From assembly GCF_002310835.1 (NCBI RefSeq), contig NZ_CP011041.1, positions 240,001 to 272,000 of the forward strand: a stretch of 32,000 nt of DNA, written 5' to 3'. The translations under genes and the position numbers were made by a program. Every line of letters begins with the position of its first letter. The stretch's first letter is position 1. This document shows positions 28,417-32,000 of this stretch, in pieces. This DNA comes from Pseudoalteromonas tetraodonis. Its GTDB lineage: Bacteria; Pseudomonadota; Gammaproteobacteria; Enterobacterales; Alteromonadaceae. Under the pieces are notes generated by a model that saw nothing but the letters and a program-made list of their open reading frames with translations, was not told the origin of the DNA and ran no database searches.

Positions 28417-30066
28417 ATGACAGGCGCAGAACTAACAATCGATTTACTCGCCAAACACGGCGTAGATGAAGTATTTGGCTACCCAGGTGGTGCTATTATG
28501 CCCATTTACGATGCCTTGTATGGTGCGCCTGTAAAACATTATCTTACTCGTCATGAGCAAGGTGCAGGGTTTGCCGCCGTGGGCTATGCACGCAGTACTG
28601 GACGTTTAGGTGTGTGCTTGGCAACATCAGGCCCTGGAGCTACTAATTTAATTACCGCATTGGCAGATGCCATGATGGACTCAGTGCCTTTACTTGCTAT
28701 TACAGGGCAAGTACCAACCGCCGCTATTGGCTCTGATGCTTTTCAGGAAATTGACGTGCTTGGCATGTCGCTTTCGTGTACTAAACACAGTTACATGGTT
28801 GAGCGAGCAGAAGATTTAGCCGAAATATTACAAGAAGCGATGCATTTAGCACAAAGCGGCCGTCCAGGCCCCGTTTTAGTTGATATCCCCAAAGACATTC
28901 AAATGGCGCAGGTGCCTTTTAAACCTTGGTTAGCGGCAGATGAATACTTACCGCAACTTAATTTAAACCAAGTTGCTATCGCCAATCAATTACTCAGTGA
29001 AGCCAAGCAACCCGTAGCGTATGTTGGTGGGGGCGTTCATGCCGCTGATGCGCAAAATGAATTAATGCAATTTTTAAATAAAACGCAGATGCCTGCGGTT
29101 TCAACCCTTAAAGCATTGGGCAGTGTATTACCTGATTACGAATATGATTTAGGCATGCTAGGTATGCATGGTGGTCAAGCCGCTAATTTAGCGGTGCAAG
29201 AATGTGATGTATTAGTGTGTATTGGTGCTCGCTTTGATGACCGTGTAACAGGCAACTTAGCTAAGTTTGCTGCAAAAGCAAACGTGATTCATTTAGACAT
29301 AGATGCAGCCGAGGTCGGTAAACGTAAACCCGCAAAGGCTTCTTTAATTGCTGATTTAAAAACCTCACTTCCCGCCCTTGAGTGCGTCGTTACGCCAAAA
29401 GCGTGGTGCGATCATAATAAACAAATGATGGTTAAGCATGCATGGCGCTACGACTATCCTGGTGAAAAAGTATTTGCCCCTTATTTACTTAATCAACTAA
29501 GCCAGCGTATGCCAAGCACCAGTGTTGTTTGCTGCGATGTGGGTCAGCACCAAATGTGGGTTGCGCAGCATATGAAATTTAACCATCCATGCAACCACTT
29601 AAGCAGTGGCGGTGCAGGCACCATGGGATTTGGTTTACCTGCGGCAATCGGCGCACAAATAGCGAGAAAAGATGACTTTGTGATCACCGTATCAGGTGAT
29701 GGCTCAATCATGATGAATATCCAAGAGCTTGCCACTATTCGTCGTAATAATTTACCAGTAAAAATACTGATACTTGATAACCAGCGTTTAGGCATGGTAC
29801 GCCAATGGCAGGAGTTATTTTTTGAAGGGCGCTATAGCGAAACTAACTTGTCAGATAACCCTGACTTTGTGCAGCTAGCGGCTGTTTTTGGTATTGCGGG
29901 GCAAACGATTACTCATGCCAACCAAGTGGATGATGCAATTACAGCCTTATTAAATAGTGATGGGCCTTACATTGTTCATGCTTGTATTGATGATAAAGAA
30001 AACGTATGGCCACTTGTTCCACCTGGGGCTGCTAACGATGAAATGATGACGGAGAAAGCACAATGA
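28417..30066 (+). CDS. ilvG: Acetolactate synthase II large subunit
   Basis: 549 aa from ATG 28417, with SD GAGGA at 28405-28409 at 7-nt spacing. The ORF track extends to TTG 28390. TPP-enzyme motifs include GDGSIMMNIQEL. Its stop overlaps the ilvM start (ATGA). Confidence 0.93.
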   Translation: MTGAELTIDLLAKHGVDEVFGYPGGAIMPIYDALYGAPVKHYLTRHEQGAGFAAVGYARSTGRLGVCLATSGPGATNLITALADAMMDSVPLLAITGQVPTAAIGSDAFQEIDVLGMSLSCTKHSYMVERAEDLAEILQEAMHLAQSGRPGPVLVDIPKDIQMAQVPFKPWLAADEYLPQLNLNQVAIANQLLSEAKQPVAYVGGGVHAADAQNELMQFLNKTQMPAVSTLKALGSVLPDYEYDLGMLGMHGGQAANLAVQECDVLVCIGARFDDRVTGNLAKFAAKANVIHLDIDAAEVGKRKPAKASLIADLKTSLPALECVVTPKAWCDHNKQMMVKHAWRYDYPGEKVFAPYLLNQLSQRMPSTSVVCCDVGQHQMWVAQHMKFNHPCNHLSSGGAGTMGFGLPAAIGAQIARKDDFVITVSGDGSIMMNIQELATIRRNNLPVKILILDNQRLGMVRQWQELFFEGRYSETNLSDNPDFVQLAAVFGIAGQTITHANQVDDAITALLNSDGPYIVHACIDDKENVWPLVPPGAANDEMMTEKAQ

Positions 30067-30305
30067 AACATAGTTTAACTATTGCCTTAAAAAGCCAAAG
30101 TGTCGCAATCGAGCGCTTTTTACGTGTCGTGCGTCATCGTGGTTTTGATTTAACTCACTTGCAGCTCAATATGGACGATGGCCAATATAATATGGCCATG
30201 ACGGTTGATAGCGATAAACCAATTTATTTGCTTACCAGTCAACTAAATAAATTGGTTGATGTGAAACATGTAACGCTACAAAGCTTACAGCAACAAGCTG
30301 TATAA
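30063..30305 (+). CDS. ilvM: Acetolactate synthase II small subunit
   Basis: 80 aa. LRVVRHRGF and SQLNKLVDV blocks, as in E. coli IlvM. Confidence 0.9.
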   Translation: MKHSLTIALKSQSVAIERFLRVVRHRGFDLTHLQLNMDDGQYNMAMTVDSDKPIYLLTSQLNKLVDVKHVTLQSLQQQAV

Positions 30306-30407
30306 CAAAAAATTTAACAGATTTTACGAGTAACTGTTCACGTGGTTACTCATCAATTTTAAGAATGAGGAATGCCCGCATTTATTGCGGCAAATACTGA
30401 GGTAACT

Positions 30408-32000
30408 ATGGTTAAATTAAGAAGTGCAACGACTACTGAAGGACGTAAACGCGCAGGCGCAAGAGCATTATGGCGTGCAACAGGCATGACCGACACCGAC
30501 TTTGGTAAACCAATTATTGCTGTGGTTAACTCATTTACACAATTTGTGCCGGGGCATGTGCATCTTAATCAGCTCAGTGAACTAATGGCTGAAACCATCA
30601 CCCAAGCGGGCGGTGTTCCAAAAGAATTTAATACCATCGCCATAGATGACGGTATTGCCATGGGGCACGGCGGTATGCTTTATTCACTGCCATCGCGCGA
30701 TTTAATAGCCGACTCGGTAGAGTACATGGTCAATGGCCATTGTGCTGATGCGATGATTTGTATCTCAAACTGCGACAAAATCACCCCTGGGATGATGTTA
30801 GCGGCGCTGCGTTTAAATATACCGGTTATTTTTGTATCGGGTGGCCCTATGGAAGCGGGTAAAACTAAATTAGCCAATATCGATATTAAACTCGATTTAG
30901 TAGATGCCATGGTTAAAGGTGCCGATGAATCGGTAAGTGATGCCGACTCAGAGCAAGTTGAACGCTCTGCATGCCCTACCTGTGGGTCGTGTTCAGGGAT
31001 GTTTACTGCCAACTCAATGAACTGTTTATTAGAAGCAATAGGCCTTGCGCTGCCGGGTAACGGTACCACGCTTGCGACCCACAAAGACCGTAAACAATTG
31101 TATGTTGAAGCAGGTGCTCGCATCGTTGATTTATGCCGCGAGTATTACCAAAAAGATAACCAAGACGTACTGCCTCGTGCCATCGCTAATAAAACCGCAT
31201 TTATGAACTCTATGGTGGTTGATATTGCCATGGGCGGCTCATCAAATACGGTATTACATTTACTCGCAGCGGCACAAGAAGCTGGCGTTGATTTTGATAT
31301 GTCACACATTGATGAACTTTCACGTAAAACCCCGTTTTTATGTAAAGTTGCCCCAGCTACCGCGCAATACCATATTGAAGACGTACACCGCGCTGGTGGC
31401 ATGATGGCCATAGTACGCGAGCTTGGTAAAGCCGGCTTGGTTGATTTATCGGTTAATCATGTTGCCGGCATGACCATGGGTGAGCTGGTAAAAAAATGGG
31501 ATGCAACGGATCCTAATAACGAAGTGGCGCGAAAGTTTTACCGCGCGGGTCCCGCTGGTATTCGTACTACTAAAGCCATGAGCCAAGATTGCCGTTGGGA
31601 CGAAGGGGATAATGACCGTGAACATGGTTGTATTCGCAGTGTTGAACATGCATTTCGTCAAGATGGCGGTCTGGCGGTACTTTCAGGTAACTTAGCGGTT
31701 GATGGCTGTATTGTTAAAAGTGCCGGCGTTGTCGATGAAATGCTGCACTTTGAAGGCACTGCTGTTGTTTATGAGTCTCAAGATGACTCTGTAGAAGGGA
31801 TTTTAAATGGCGAAGTAAAAGCCGGCGATGTAGTTGTAATTCGTTACGAAGGCCCTAAAGGCGGCCCAGGCATGCAAGAAATGCTATACCCAACCAGCTA
31901 CTTAAAATCAAAAGGCTTGGCTGAAAAATGTGCCTTGATCACCGATGGTCGCTTCTCGGGTGGTACGTCAGGTTTATCAATTGGCCATGTGTCTCCCGAG
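30408..32000 (+). CDS. ilvD: Dihydroxy-acid dehydratase (5' 531 codons; runs off window end)
   Basis: Not in the ORF track because no stop lies within the window. Translation from ATG 30408: [53 protein letters not shown].., collinear with E. coli IlvD through ..[18 protein letters not shown]. Confidence 0.95.
   Translation, partial: MVKLRSATTTEGRKRAGARALWRATGMTDTDFGKPIIAVVNSFTQFVPGHVHLNQLSELMAETITQAGGVPKEFNTIAIDDGIAMGHGGMLYSLPSRDLIADSVEYMVNGHCADAMICISNCDKITPGMMLAALRLNIPVIFVSGGPMEAGKTKLANIDIKLDLVDAMVKGADESVSDADSEQVERSACPTCGSCSGMFTANSMNCLLEAIGLALPGNGTTLATHKDRKQLYVEAGARIVDLCREYYQKDNQDVLPRAIANKTAFMNSMVVDIAMGGSSNTVLHLLAAAQEAGVDFDMSHIDELSRKTPFLCKVAPATAQYHIEDVHRAGGMMAIVRELGKAGLVDLSVNHVAGMTMGELVKKWDATDPNNEVARKFYRAGPAGIRTTKAMSQDCRWDEGDNDREHGCIRSVEHAFRQDGGLAVLSGNLAVDGCIVKSAGVVDEMLHFEGTAVVYESQDDSVEGILNGEVKAGDVVVIRYEGPKGGPGMQEMLYPTSYLKSKGLAEKCALITDGRFSGGTSGLSIGHVSPE

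Noticed and set aside
17514-29795. Short antisense or alternative-frame ORFs inside cti, the kinase, modF, GumN, the sulfatase gene, eptA and ilvG (e.g. 18131-18331, 20969-21175, 23290-23511, 24017-24205, 25149-25361, 26758-26982, 29544-29795).
   Set aside because: Each is nested in a longer ORF that has clear family motifs. None has a convincing RBS or a recognisable domain.
30680-31661. Minus-strand ORFs of 147, 88 and 71 aa, and a 61-aa + strand ORF, listed by the ORF track in the last 1.5 kb.
   Set aside because: The region is occupied by the open-ended ilvD gene (frame starting at 30408), which the track omits because it has no stop in the window. The listed ORFs are its shadows.

Overview
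This is a chromosomal window from a moderately AT-rich gammaproteobacterium. Protein sequences and gene order look Alteromonadales/Pseudoalteromonas-like, but the taxon is a guess from memory, not a search.

Bases 1-16.3 kb are a contiguous, co-directional block of core transcription and translation genes: secE (3' end)-nusG, rplKAJL, rpoBC, rpsL-rpsG-fusA-tuf. The expected promoters, leaders, attenuators and terminators are readable in the spacers.

Downstream of tuf, two progressively decayed copies of the last ~60 nt of tuf follow the real gene.

Bases 16.9-27.9 kb are an accessory block with a cell-envelope theme:
- a lysine-free, ultra-acidic 120-aa ORF translationally coupled to a fatty-acid cis/trans isomerase (Cti, CXXCH haem motif plus lipobox);
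- a hybrid sensor kinase with a PilJ/NarX-type periplasmic domain;
- a ModF-like twin-ABC ATPase;
- a periplasmic TraB/GumN protein;
- a tightly overlapped minus-strand operon, eptA (MCR-like phosphoethanolamine transferase)-dgkA-LTA-synthase-family sulfatase, preceded by a perfect CTTAAG-N5-CTTAAG (PmrA/BasR-type) box.

Bases 28.2-32 kb hold an ilv leader peptide with attenuator, then ilvG-ilvM-ilvD (ilvD runs off the window; no ilvE).

I see no integrase, transposase, CRISPR array, tRNA/rRNA gene, toxin-antitoxin, restriction or other recognisable defence module. The candidates for new biology are therefore modest: the acidic ORF coupled to cti, the tuf-tail repeat array at a synteny break, and the eptA-dgkA-sulfatase unit with its PmrA-like box.

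All family calls rest on remembered motifs and E. coli orthologue sequences. Nothing was searched or computed.
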